The position numbers were made by a program, and so were the translations under genes. From Balanoglossus misakiensis (taxonomy: Eukaryota > Animalia > Hemichordata), in contig CM082595.2 of NCBI GenBank assembly GCA_040954595.2, positions 9,847,918 through 9,911,917 of the forward strand: a stretch of 64,000 nucleotides of DNA. Reading direction: 5' to 3'. Positions 24,785 to 37,846 of the stretch are shown piece by piece. Under the pieces are notes generated by a model. The model did no database searches, was not told the origin of the DNA, and saw nothing but the letters and a program-made list of their open reading frames with translations. The first letter of the stretch is position 1. The number at the start of each line of letters is the position of its first letter.

Positions 24785-27700
24785 TCAATCAGTCACATAA
24801 TCTTTGTATCGAGACGGCTTTTGTATATTTGTTCTGGTTCGTGTTGATCTCAACGATTCTTGGGCTGGTGACGCTGGCATTGCGGGTTGTTGAGGCGGTG
24901 TTCCGTCTGTGACTGCTGGTGCAATATTGTGTTGATCCATCCCTGTCTGTGCTGGTTTCAGTTCTGCGCTGACTGGTTTCATGTGGATCCTGTTGCGTCG
25001 CATTTGTTTCCCGTTGTCTAACTTCACGGTGTAGGACCTAGGTGTGTTTGCTGGGGCTACAACTCTCGCTGGACTCCATGTTTTGCTGATTGGGCTTTGT
25101 ACATGGACTTGTTGACCTGTCAGCAATTCTGGTAGTTGTCTGGAGTGCTGGTCGTGGCTGGAAGTCTGGGCCTGCTGTTGAGATGTCAGGTATTGACGAA
25201 CTTCCTCCCCGTTTCTTGCTGGGTGAATTTTGGCTGGGAGAGTTGTCTTGTATGCTCTGCTGTTCAGCAACTCAGCTGGTGATGGTATGTTGGACTTCAA
25301 TGGAGTCGCGCGAAGTGCCAACAATGCTAGATTCGGATCATCTCCGGACTCTTTGCACTTCATCAGGATGTTCTTCACGGTCTGTACATGTCGCTCGATA
25401 AAACCGTGCCCTTTGGGATAGTATGGTGATGATGTGACTATCGCAAAACCATACTTCTCAGTTAGGCTGTGGAAGTCTCTAGCTGTAAACTGAGATCCGT
25501 TGTCACAAACTAGTTTCTCGGGTATTCCTTGCTCTGCAAATAGAATTCGGAGGGCTCTCATAATGGTACTGGCTCTGAGGTCTTCAAGTTTCCTAATGAA
25601 GGGGAACTTGGAGTAGTAGTCAGCAACTATCATGTACCATGTTTGGTTCACGTAGAATAGGTCTGCTCCAATTGTGTGCCACGGTCGTGGTGGAATTTCC
25701 ATTGGAATCATCGGTTCCTTCTGCTGGGAATTCTGGAATTTCTGGCACGCGTTGCATCCTGTTACTAGTCTCTCTATATCTTTACAAATTCCAGGCCAGT
25801 ACACGCTGGATCTGGCTCTCAGCTTGCATTTCTCAATCCCCAGGTGACTGCTATGAATGCGTTGTAGCATTTCATCTCTCATTACTGCTGGTATGAGGAG
25901 TCGGCTGCCTATCAGGATAATACCATCTTCGATAGTGATATCGTCTCGAATAGACCAGTAGGGTCGAATATCAGCGTGAATGTCCTTGATGCTATCTGGC
26001 CATCCTTTCAGGACTTGCTCGATCAATAATTGAAGAATTTCATCTTTGGTAGTTTCTTCTTTGATCTCCATCTGTCTCATTGGTGTGATCTTCACCAGGT
26101 GGTGTATCTAGACTTTCATGTCACTGATTTCGTTCTGATCTTGTGGTGACAGTCTACATAGTGCGTCGGCAAGTATCATCTGTTTGCCTGGCTTGTAGTG
26201 TATGGTGAAATCATACGGCTGTATGCGCAACAGCATTCTCTGTAATCGGGGTGGTGCCTTGGTCAAATTCTTCCTCTGAATTTGCTCCAACGGTCGATGA
26301 TCACTCTCTACTATGAAACTTCTGCCGTAGAGATATGTGCGAAACTTCTCACATCCGTAGACTACCGCGAGTAGTTCTCTTTCTATATTGGCGTATCGGG
26401 TTTCCGCTGGTGTCAGGGCCTTGGACGCAAATGCTATAGGTCTCTGTTCCTGTATGAGCACCGCTCCGATTCCCTTTCCCGATGCGTCGACTTGTAGAGT
26501 GACAGGCTTCTTACGGTCGTAGTAAGCAAGTGTAGTCTTTGTGCTGATCAGGTCCTTGATCATATTGAAAGACTTTGTTTGTGTCGGAGACCACTCAAAC
26601 TCAGTGTCGTCTCTGATGAGCTCTCTCAGTGGTGCTGTGTGTTCAGCTAATCTGGGTATGAATGAACCCATGTAGTTCACCATTCCGAGGAATGTGCGCA
26701 GTTCGTTCTTGTCTCTAGGCGGATGCATCATCTCTATCGCCTTGACCTTTTCTGGGTTGGGTTTAACTCCGTCTTCTGTGTATAACATGCCAAAGAAACT
26801 ACATTCTTTTGTCTTGATGTAGCATTTCTCTTTGTTCAGTTTAATGCCTGCTTTCCTGGTTCGTTCCATGGCTTCGTGTAGATGCAGGTCATGGTGTCGC
26901 TCTCCTGATCCGAAGACTTGTATATCGTCTGCAATGCCGACTGCACCTTCACACTCTCTGTATGTTTCATCAATTTTGAATTGAAACACATCTTGGCTCA
27001 TCCTTAGCCCAAATGGCATTCGTAGGAATCTGTAACGGCCATATGGTGTGTTAAAGGTCGTCAGGAAGGATGATTCTTCATCGATCTTTACATTCCAGTA
27101 TCCGTTCCGCGCGTCTAGCTTGCTGAAAAGTGTTGCGCCTGCCAACTTTGGGGTAATCTCCTCCAATGTGGGTGTAGGGTAATGATCCCTTTTAATGGCT
27201 TTGTTCAAGTCCTTCGGGTCCAGACAAATGCGAAGTCTTCCATTGTCTTTCTCCCGGACAACAAGAGAATTGACCCAGTTCGTAGGCTGGTTCACTTTGG
27301 CGATGATTTGCTTATCTTCCATCTCCTGCAGCTCGGTTTTGAGTCTATCCATTAGTTCTAATGGAACTCTGCGGGCAGGGTGTACTACTGGTTGTACTTC
27401 TGGATCAAGAGTGATGTGGTATGTGTAGTTTTCAAAACATCCGACCACGTCGTCAAAGCAATCAGGGTACATCCTCAGCAACTGTTCTTTGTTCTTTATG
27501 GGAGGGCGGTCCCTGATGGGTGTATTACTGTCTATGTAGTCATCTGCAGGGTTTCTGTTTCTTCCTGCTGGCTTCTGTTCGTTCATCTTTCTCTTTTCCA
27601 CTTCCACATTTCTTCCAGGCTGTGCTGTCTTGCACTCTGGGCTCGCCTGCACTTGTATGGCTTCTACTGAACAGTTTATTTGTATCAGGTTTAAGGCTCT

Positions 27701-28936
27701 GCTTGCCTTTAACCCTAAAATGGCTGGGCCTGCGGCGTCAGTTACATAGAAGAGGCATCTGATTTTCCTCTCTCTATGTTCACATGGAATGACGATGGTG
27801 CCAAGCTGTTTGATTTTGGAACCTCCATATGCGGTAAGGATTGTTTTATTTTCCTTCAAGTGCCCGCGTTTTGGATTTCCGTGTTTATCCAGTTTCTCTG
27901 GAAATATGATCTTGAAAAGGCAGAGGGGCAGTATATTGCTCTGTGCACCGGTATCAAACTTGCATCTCAGTGCTACTTTCCTTTTCTTTTCGCTCTGTGT
28001 GATTGTCAGTTTCGTGTATATTTCTTCTTGTCTGTTGATGTTGTCCAATGCATTTATTTCGATAGTTCCAACATCTAGGACTTCATCATCTATTTGATGC
28101 ATGTTGCTGCTCGAGCGTGTCACATTATGGATTGGTTTTCCACCTCGTCTCTGCTGTGACTTCGGTTCGCTTGAGCTGGTTTTGGAACGGCATACCGCCT
28201 GCCAGTGATTAGGTTTCCCACAATTTCGGCATTTCGAGCCATATGCTGGGCAGTTACTTTTCACTGAGGTGTCATGCTTTTTTCCGCAATGCTTACATTG
28301 TTTGGGGTGTGTCTTGTTGGGCTGCCTTTTTACTGCGTTGACAGCTTTGCTATCCACAGGATTAGCAATATGGCAATTTGTGAGCGTTTTCATGTGTTTT
28401 GTTGTGGCTTCGTGACCTCTAGCTATATCGAGCGCCTCCTTCAAGGTCAGTTTCTCATCACGCCCAATAAGTTTCTTCTGTATTTCTTGGTGACAGATCC
28501 CCCATATCAACTGATCTACGAGTCTTGCTTCCGGTTCTTTTGTATCCCCAAATTTGCATTTGGCGGCTTCATTTTTCAATTTCGAAAAGAAATCATCAAC
28601 TGGTTCTCCAGGGTCTTGTCTCATATCTTGGAATTGGTATCTATGTATGCGATGATTCGACTTCGGCTCTAAGTGTTCGGAAAATTTGTCGAATAGTACT
28701 GTGGGGTCTTTCCGCTGGTCTTCATTTTCAAACGACCAACTGTTGTATTTGTCAAGACCTGGTTCACCGGACCATAGAAGTATGTAGCTAGCTTTCTCTT
28801 CATCGTTAGCATCTTTAAGTGCTGTCTTAAATGTTAACTCACATTTTTGACGAAAACGACTGAAGGCTATTGCTAGATCTGGCGCGTCCCATTCCATCTT
28901 TGGGGCTGTGAAGGGCGTTTGTAGTGCGGCCGCCAT
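24785..28936 (-). CDS. Gag-Pol polyprotein (Gag zinc knuckles, protease, RT, RNase H, integrase) with one in-frame TAG at 26108-26110
   Basis: CRNCGKPNHWQAVC, FDTGAQSN, IADDI, DASGKGIGAVL, HSSH...C..C and D,D,E integrase motifs. The 942 aa and 436 aa ORFs are in the same frame. Confidence 0.95.
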
Positions 28937-29046
28937 CTTGTCAGGTCAGTTCGATGGTCTTTTCTTCTGTAGTTTTGGTGTCTTGTGTAGTCGATAGTGT
29001 GTAAAGTCTGCTTACATCTGATCACTCACGTTCACCGCTGCCACCA

Positions 29047-29250
29047 TGTTATGTTTCCATCAACATGGGAATAATAATGCGATCATAAGGTATAACAACA
29101 ACCTATTTATTGATCGGCTGAAAAGACTCAACAATGTGCTTCGCCTTATCTGGGCGGAAGTGACGTCGTACAGCAATTCATAAACAAGTGGAACACCAAC
29201 AATGCAACAATAGAGGGCGCTATATTGATCGTAGCTGTCAGAATACTACA
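29047..29250 (-). repeat. 5' LTR
   Basis: Direct repeat of 24362-24565, adjacent to the PBS. Confidence 0.95.
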
Positions 29251-32058
29251 CCCCCCCCCCGCATGTTTAAAGGTTTCTATAGAAAAGCATTGTTGAGGTT
29301 CACAAAACTTTGAAGAAGCTTTGCAACACTAACTTTGGCCAAAGATTTGAATGTTAAGGTTTCACAAACGTAGTTACAGCTGAGGTTCAACTAAGACTAG
29401 TATAAGAGGCTTCAGCACGCCAAGTCTTGTAGCAAGCTTCAACACAAAGCTTTTTGCAACATTGTTCAAAGCGTTGTCAAAGGTACTGCACAACCCTGGT
29501 GAAGTAGTGCTATATTTTCAATTAAATGGCTTAAGCCATTTGTCTCTCCAACCAGAATTGCACCAGAGTTAAATACACACAGCTTGAAATTGTAAAATGT
29601 TGCAAAATCAAACGATCACATCCTTACACCTATTATTAGAACCAGAAGTTGAGTCAAAATTTTCCTACCTAGAAATTTTCTTTCCTATGAAGTTTTTTGC
29701 TTATTGGCATTCATATGGGAGCCTAGACCTATTCCAGCTGAGTTGCCAAAATGGCAATGTTGGACAATTCTTCTAATATGCATGATCAAAAATGGCCGCC
29801 AAATACCTTCTCTAAAATAAAACTTGGCCCTTTTTTCTCAAATTATGTGTAATATCTAAAATTTCAGGATTTGCATCCATATTGGTTATGTATTGCAAAT
29901 ATGGCAGTGTTTGGCAACTTTTCTATTTTGCATAATCAAAAATGGCCGCCAATCTCCACTAAAAGTGAAATTTTGCCATGTTTCCCAAAATGATGCGCAA
30001 TATCGCGTATTTTCAGGATTAGCACATTCATATGGGTACCTTTAACAATACAACTGTGTTGCAAATTTGGCAGTGTTACCGTACTAATCATGAAGCAAGG
30101 AAGTGCAACCTCTGTATCCCAAACATATGTCTATCCCCACTGATAGGAGTCACAAAGAGCCAGCCCCTCTGCATCATCCTGTTCCTCAATCTCACGATGG
30201 GAATCCTTTTCAGAATTCCGACCTCAAAACATCCAGGGATTCACCATCATTCACCACACCCTCGTCAGTATCCACCATGTTTAGAGCCAATGCCTGAACA
30301 TGTTGTCTCTTTATCTATGGATTGCGTTAAAGGCCAGTGGGAGTTTCATCTCCTTTTTTTTGCAATTTTGACCATTTTTATCTGGTGCATAATGCTAGAG
30401 TACATATCATCCATACAGGATGATGCATGTACAGTGATGGGAAATGTATCAATCCACTCCTGCACTAGATTTGCATACAGTGCCATACCTTTTAGGGCTA
30501 TTTTCTTGACCCTTTTGATAGTCTGCTGGCCAAAAGTGGCTGGCCAAAGTGGCCAGCAGAGACATTCTTCCAATACCCTTCATAGTGCCAACAGACAAGG
30601 CTTGGATATACAACCTGTGTTGCTTGTAAGGCACACATCTCCAATTGGTACATTGGGCCAATTATACTGTACATGTACAGCTAGGAAAAAAATATACTTC
30701 ATCATAGTTTCCATGGTCAGCAGCTTCAATAACTTGTTGCCTTTTCTTACTGAACATTTAGACTTATAAAGAAGTATAACAAGAATAAAGTTGTCCAATT
30801 AGTGTTGGCAGGGGGGTGGGGGATGTGTTCTCCCATACAAAGGTGTATAGGTATGTAGTCTTTAAGAAAAACTTGGGGTAAATGACCAGAAAATTTGACT
30901 TATAATACAAATAGGTCGGGTTTTGGGCATTTACACGTGTTGATGTTATCGACTGGGGCGACAGACTACCATCCGAAAAAATTTCAAGTACCCCCCCCCC
31001 CCCCCCCCTCGGGTGCCGGCCAGTGGGATGGAGGTGATAGAAACTGTTGTAGATACAATAGAGGCCTACAACCTGAAAACCTTCTGGCTTTAACCGAGGA
31101 CTTGCCATTAAAGATACCTGTAGGCCCCTATATGCTGCTCCCACATACACTCCCAGTCCTAAACCTTGCATCTGATTTGTGGTGCAGATGAAGAATTAAG
31201 ATTGGCTTGACAATTAGCACACTTAATTGCCTGTTATGAGATATAATACATACAATCATGGGACAAGAATGGCAAAAGTTAAATTATCCAGCAGGTGTTT
31301 GAATTATGCAAATTATATCAGTTGTCTAATATTGCCATGTCAACCATGTTGAAATTGTTTTAGGTACCCATATTAATGGAAACCCTGCAAATTCGATATT
31401 ACACACCATTTAAAACAAATATGGGAAATTAACATGTTAGAGAAATTTGGCGGCCATTTTGGATTATGCAAATTAGAACAGTTGTCTAATATTGCCATGT
31501 CAACCATGTTGAAATTGTTTTAGGTACCCAGGAGAGTTGAATGAAAATGCCATTTGCAATGCAGTTGTCTTGTATTGGGTGCCCATATTAAGGCATTCTT
31601 GAAAACGAAACATTATTCATCATTTTGACGCAAACAGAAAAGGTGTTCAAATGCAAATTAGAAGAGTTGCCCAACCCTGCCATATTTGCAGTACAGTTGT
31701 AGTGACTGTCAACTCGACTACAGACAGTCTCGATGAACACAAGACATGATCCCAATTTGCAAGCTGAGTTGAAACTGACTGCTGCAGTAACTTAGCTGTG
31801 GGAATGTCTTGTGTGATTTAAAACAATGATGACCAAATTTAACACAGTTTCTCTGAGGTAACCATTTAGCTTTCGTGACTAAGTTTGTTTAAGAATCCTT
31901 TATTCTACCCAAGGAACAAATTTCCTTAGAATTTCACAACTGAGACACAGTTTACAGATATACAAAAAGTGCGTACTACAAACATAAGAAATTGTTTGCA
32001 TTTTTTTTTCTGATGGCAATGCATTTGACTGTAAACAGACATTGATGTCCTTTAGTAA

Positions 32059-32886
32059 GGGACTGTTCAGTTTTGGTGGAGGGGGGGGGGGCAAAAGTTT
32101 GTGTCATTGGTTTTCAAAATCAGGCCGACACCCCCTTCAACCAGGACCAAAAAAATGATGACCCCCCCCCCCCCCTTTGACAGGACCAAAATATGATGAC
32201 CCTCCTCCCACCCCGAAAACATTTGCCATCCGTATCTTATGTACACTGACTGTATGCAATAAAGGTAAAGGGTCTCCTCACACCTCAATTCTAAATTTCT
32301 TAAAGAAATGTATAATTTGAAGTGTATAATAGTATAGCGTTGCAATAAAGAAGGTCTATGGATAAATTAAAAGGACACGTCAATACAATAGTTGGTAGAA
32401 TTGGTAAAACAAGAAAAGTGGAAGGGGTGGGTGTACGTAGGACAATTTTGTAAAATACAATTAATGCATTATAATGAACTCAAAGGCAAATTAACTTAAT
32501 GTTGGGGAGGACAAATTTGACTTTTGCCACTCAAAGTTAACATCAGTGGGGGTGGGATGGCAAGTATTCTGCCCTGGTACACTATATGTGGCGAAGAAAT
32601 AAGGGGATGGGTGTGGGAGGGGATGTCCCCCTTCCACATAAGAAAACTTTGTAAAATATGTAGCTCAAAGTTGCATTTTAATGAAGTCAAAAGCAAATTA
32701 TCTCAATGTTTGAAAGGACCAATTTTACTGTTACCACTACACTCAAAGTTAGCATCGGTGGGTACATGTATATGACCTCCCCCCTAAACGTTTGAAAAAA
32801 AGATGACTCCCTCTTTTGGATTTCAAAATTTAAGTGACCCCCTGGATTTTGCCAGCCTCCCCCCACCGTAAAAACTGAATGGTCCC
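32059..32886. mobile_element. MITE, PIF/Harbinger-like (TAA TSD), left arm only
   Basis: TIRs GGGACTGTTCAGTTTT / AAAACTGAATGGTCCC; TAA on both sides; absent at the partner site ~57920. Confidence 0.75.
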
Positions 32887-34013
32887 TAAGCGCTATTTTG
32901 TCAGTGAAATGGCTCCATTATTATGCCTCCAACTATAGTTGAAACGGAGTTAAATATGTACAGCTTGAAATCATAAAATGTTGCAAAATTGAACCAAGAG
33001 TTTGGTCAATGATCAAGTTCTTACAGCTATTACTAGAACCATACAGTCTCAGCGAACAAGAGACATTGGTCCGATTTGCAAGCCGAGTTGGAACTGACTT
33101 TGCCTGCACACAGATGTGCCAATTTCAGCGAATCTTATCGTATTTAAAAATGAATATGGAGAATTGTTATCTGTGTTCCTATTGCTAGCCTACATACATG
33201 TAGCTGTTGTCATTCTAGTGTTTTTTTTTCTGTATACCAAAATTGCCACACTGTTTGGGATACTTTTATCAAATGTTATGTGATACTATATCAGCCTGTT
33301 TTGGGGATCTTGACAATGACATATATTAGACTTTTCATACACAGCATGAGGTAGAATTTCAGAAACGATTAGGTAATACGACTGCATATCTCATAGGAAA
33401 TAATCACTTTAGAAGTATTACGATAAAAAAAATCATTTCACTCTTATTGGGAGCATACATTTGTAAAACATACATACAGACATGAATACAGACATAGAGA
33501 GATCAAGGTGTATACGATTTTCAGTGGGGGAGGGGGTCCTCCTTAATTGCAAACAACTATGTAATGGTAATTTCCCTTTTATAATAACAATTTTTGAGGT
33601 ATAAGGAAAAAATATCAAACAAAATAAACAAAAAAACTAATTCAGCTATGATTTGATTCAATTATCATTCTAAAGAAGCACATATCATTAACTCACAACT
33701 AAACTTTTACAGTGATCAACCATGCACTTTCTGAGAATTTTTTTTATGCCCCGAAAATACAATTTTTTCATTTTCAGAACATTTATGATATATCACAGTA
33801 AAAAATCCCCTGGAAACTGCAAAACAAAAAATTGCAAAGCAATCAAACAAAAATGGCAAAAATTGTCCACAAAAACTATATTGACACTTCCATCATAGGA
33901 TTTGTTAAAATGTCGTGATAACACACCTAGGAACCTGCAAACCAAATTTCAAAGAACTGTGAGTAGAGGTTTTTGAGTATTTGACCAAAATCACCCCAAA
34001 AATATACTTCAAA

Positions 34014-36365
34014 CCAGATATTAACTGAATATGCTCACGTGCAGTACTGTGATTGGTTGACAGAATAACAAGATTAGAAAAACCAGTGTTAAACCAATTT
34101 GGTTTATAGTGTATATGGTGTAAGGGTTGTGTGTTGCACCATTGTGAAATGTAAACATGTTTGTGGAATTGTTGCCTTGTCAATTTTTGTAAGGGGTTAT
34201 GAGTCATGTACCCCATCCTGAACTGCATAAAAAGATAAGTCTATGGAATTCTAAAACTCGTTGATCAAAAATGGCAAGAAATATACCAAAAAGTATGAAT
34301 ATTTCACCAGATTTCAACAAATCTGATTTCTGTTCATGCCTAAGAACCTCTTTAACAAGTTTCAATAAGGAAGACATTTTGGCAAACAACAGGTAATTCA
34401 GACAAATCTGACTGATATCACATATATGAATTCCCATTCAAAGTTTCCAATCAATTGGACTTGTGGTTTTACTGAAGACTATTTTGCCAAACCCTGCAGA
34501 ATTCCCAAAAAATACAATTATGCAAATTTCTTTACAATTTGATCATATCTGACTGAGATCACCCCTAGAAACCCAAATACAAAGTATCAAAACAATTGCA
34601 CTTACAGTTTCACGGGATTTGATTTTTTGACAAAAACAGGAAATATTGCCCAAAAATGCATTTTTGCAAATTTCACCACCGTTTGCACAAATGTGATTCA
34701 GGTAAGCCCTATGAACCTCCATACCAAGTTTCCAATCAATTGGACATGTAATTTCAGAGAAGAATTTTTTTTAACAAAACTGCAGAAAATTCCCCCAAAA
34801 ATTCATAAAAAATAGCAAACGCCAGATACTGACTCCACCTGAACAAAATCATACGAGGTCTTCCCATAGTTCTTGCACACCAATGCACGCCAATTTTAAA
34901 CTGAATCTGATCCGCTGTTATTAAGTTTTTCAATTTTGACTATTTGAACATTTTTCCAGTTAATACCAGTATGCATTTTTTCGCAATAACAATTTCTATG
35001 TACACACTAAATATCAGTAGTTTCAAGTTTTTGATGTTGATGGACATACACATACATACATCAATACATTTAGACGAAACTGATCCATTCGCAAAATACA
35101 TAATTCTGTATGAGGCACACATACAGACATACATAGACGACGGACACCAACTTATGCTATAAGCTGACATTGATATACATGTTAGCCAAAAACCAAAATC
35201 AACCTCAAAATAGACATTAAAATATATTGCACCACCATGAGAAGACAAATTCATTTTTCGCCAAATTTTCTGGGGCGTCATTGATATAGCATGGCATATT
35301 GTCAAAGTACGTAGTCTCTGTGATAAGATTCCATACACACAAAATGGTAACCTTGGAAGTCCAGCTGACGTAGTTATGCAATGGCGCCTCGTGTATTCCG
35401 TCGCCAAAAAATCATCGTAAAATTGATAGTCGGGGTCACAATTCAAGACGACTTTCTCTAAATTCTTTATGAATGGATTAAATCGAAATCGAAATGTTGA
35501 CGTATGACGTACGGAATGAGATCTGAACAGACATTCAATGTTATCATTCTCGCTCGATCACATATTGGGTAAGCCATCTAGCAATCGCTATATAGTATTG
35601 GCGATAACAGACTGTCTATAAACTCACAAAACGGATTTTACTGTTGAGTGTGATCAACCGCCCCGTTATTTTTCTCTGAACAATAGACAAATAGAAAGCC
35701 TGGTGACATTTTGAGATTGACTGCGTGAGGACCACAATATGCGTGAATCATTTACGGTTTGTCTTGATGAATGGGTCACGTCATAGTCATAACGCGGATT
35801 CGGCTGCACGCCAACTATCCGCCATATTGTCTCCACTAACTTACTCGTAAGTAGTTTCAAACTTCATTTGAAAAGAGTATTCGTCTGACGGTCCTGTAGA
35901 TTAACAATTTACGCTCTATGAAGCAACTAAACAACGTTAACTTCCTTGTGGATTCACGTAGGGAAGTTATTCGTAACGACGGGTACAGCGTCTGAGCATG
36001 GACAGAACCACGGCAATATCGCCAGGAATGTCTCATTTCACAGCGCCCTCAAACAGTCGATCTCCTCAAACTATCGTTTCCACTGGTCATATATGCGGCA
36101 TTAACGAAAGCTCACATAGACAACCATGTAATAGAAAAATTAAAACTTAAATAACTTCATTAATATCAAAGCCACACGCACCAAAACCTTTTCAGTTCTT
36201 GCCATATGATATCTGAACCTGTGTACTAAATTTGGTTGAAATCGGTTCAGCGGTTCTTGAGATATCGGGTATACAGACAGACACACACACACATACATAC
36301 ATACACACACACACACACAGACATCGCTAAACCATAAGCTCACGTGATTTTCACGTGAGCTAAAA
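34014..36365 (+). mobile_element. Helentron-type non-autonomous element (possibly with nested inserts), left arm only
   Basis: Absent from the right arm (~56810). Ends in a (CA)n/(CATA)n tract and hairpin AGCTCACGTGATTTTCACGTGAGCT (~36337-36361). GCTCACGTG is also present near the 5' end (~34033). Confidence 0.6.
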
Positions 36366-37639
36366 ATTAAAAAAAATCCATGAGGTCTCAAAATGAATAC
36401 ACACCAATTTCTAAAGCAATTTGACCAGTTTCCACCAATTTCACATTGGTCCCAGTGGTAGATAGACATATACGAAATGGGAACCAAAGAATAAAACACA
36501 TTTCAAAGATTTAACACATCTTTTTCCTCAAGAGTGTTTTTCAAATCTTCTCCACATCCTTCAAAATCGCCACCATAAAGCCATATTACTTGAAGTGCTT
36601 ATGTTTGTCATATCTAGGTGATGCATACCACTATAGATGTGTACCCTTTGTATAGAGGCAGATTAAACAGGTGTGGTACCTGTTAAATATCTGACTTCTT
36701 TAAATTACAGCCACAATCGTCAGTCAACAAGATGTTCATGTAGATGTATACCTAGCAGTAAGCTTATTTAGATTGACAAATCTTAGATGAAAATAATGAA
36801 AAAGTGGCACAACCCTTAGGGCTTTAACTAGCAGCTTTATGCCAGATGAGTTCGAGTCTAACGATGTAATGTTGACATTAAGGTTTCATTGAAATAACTT
36901 GGGAACCTCTCTACTATTTGAAGCACCAAAGCTGTGAAAAACTTCCTTCTTTCCCTGAGTTTTTTATGAATATGTTCTAATCTGGGACAACAATTTGTTG
37001 CCAAGTGTCTTGACCCCTTTACCAAATGTCAGGGACCGGATTTTTTTCAGCAAAATTTCAAATAACCTTGGCTGATTTTTTACCTACTTTCACATATTGG
37101 GTAGCATGAAACAAAGTATGGCTTCCAGAAGGGTTATAGATACAGTGTTTTGTAATAACAAGAATTAACATGAAACTATAATTTCATGGTTAATTTAGGA
37201 CCGCCTTAATCTATGGTAATGTCATTAAATATTTGCATATCTAATTGTAGGCTATCCAGTGGAGGGAGAAACCTAAACATGGACAACATTGGGGTCAAAA
37301 TTGTTTGACAGAACTTTGGGTGACTTTGGGTAAACATTGACCAACATTACTATATCTTGGCATCCAGAGCAGATGCAACCTTGACACTTGGAGTGATGGA
37401 AATGCATAATGGAGTATTATGTCTCAGCTAGTCACAGTGCTTTTGCTGTGTTTTATGTCTTTTATTCAGCCAAATTAGATGTTTTTTATTACACATTGGC
37501 TGTGTTTGCCAGTACTTTTTAGCTGGTCACACTGCCTTAAGACAATGTATTCTCAAAATACCATGCAATCATTATGAAGCATATACAGCAGACAAAGTTA
37601 TGGTATGACTGAACTTGCCCTTCTTTGTGACTAAAGCAT

Positions 37640-37846
37640 GACCGGCCTGTCTTAGGTGGCCCCTACCTAGGGGCTTTACCCGTCATTGGCTCACAGTCTG
37701 AGAAATCAGCTCTGCAGGGAAGTTAACGATGTAACCCACCATTAAAGCTTGGATTTCCGCTTTTTGTATCTGATGCCTGGCTGAGGCCTTCTTAGGATCT
37801 ACCCAACGCTGAGTAGGCTATCCCGTCATTGGCACACAGTCTCAGG
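37640..37846 (-). ncRNA. Candidate tandem structured-RNA motif (left-arm copy)
   Basis: Nearly identical reverse complement of 55348-55554. Confidence 0.4.

Larger units (their letters stand above)
24362..29250 (-). mobile_element. Full-length Ty3/Gypsy LTR retrotransposon (Mag-like)
   Basis: 204 bp TG...CA LTRs at 24362-24565 and 29047-29250 (2 differences seen). PBS TGGTGGCAGCGGTG (29033-29046) complements a tRNA-Leu 3' end. PPT AGAAGAGGGGA at 24566-24576. Inserted in poly-C (CCCCC TSD). Confidence 0.97.

Noticed and set aside
25090-28791. Plus-strand ORFs within the Gypsy element
   Set aside because: Antisense shadows of gag-pol.
30032-30769. 245 aa ORF
   Set aside because: No recognisable motifs; its overlap with the palindrome arm is indel-disrupted in the partner copy.
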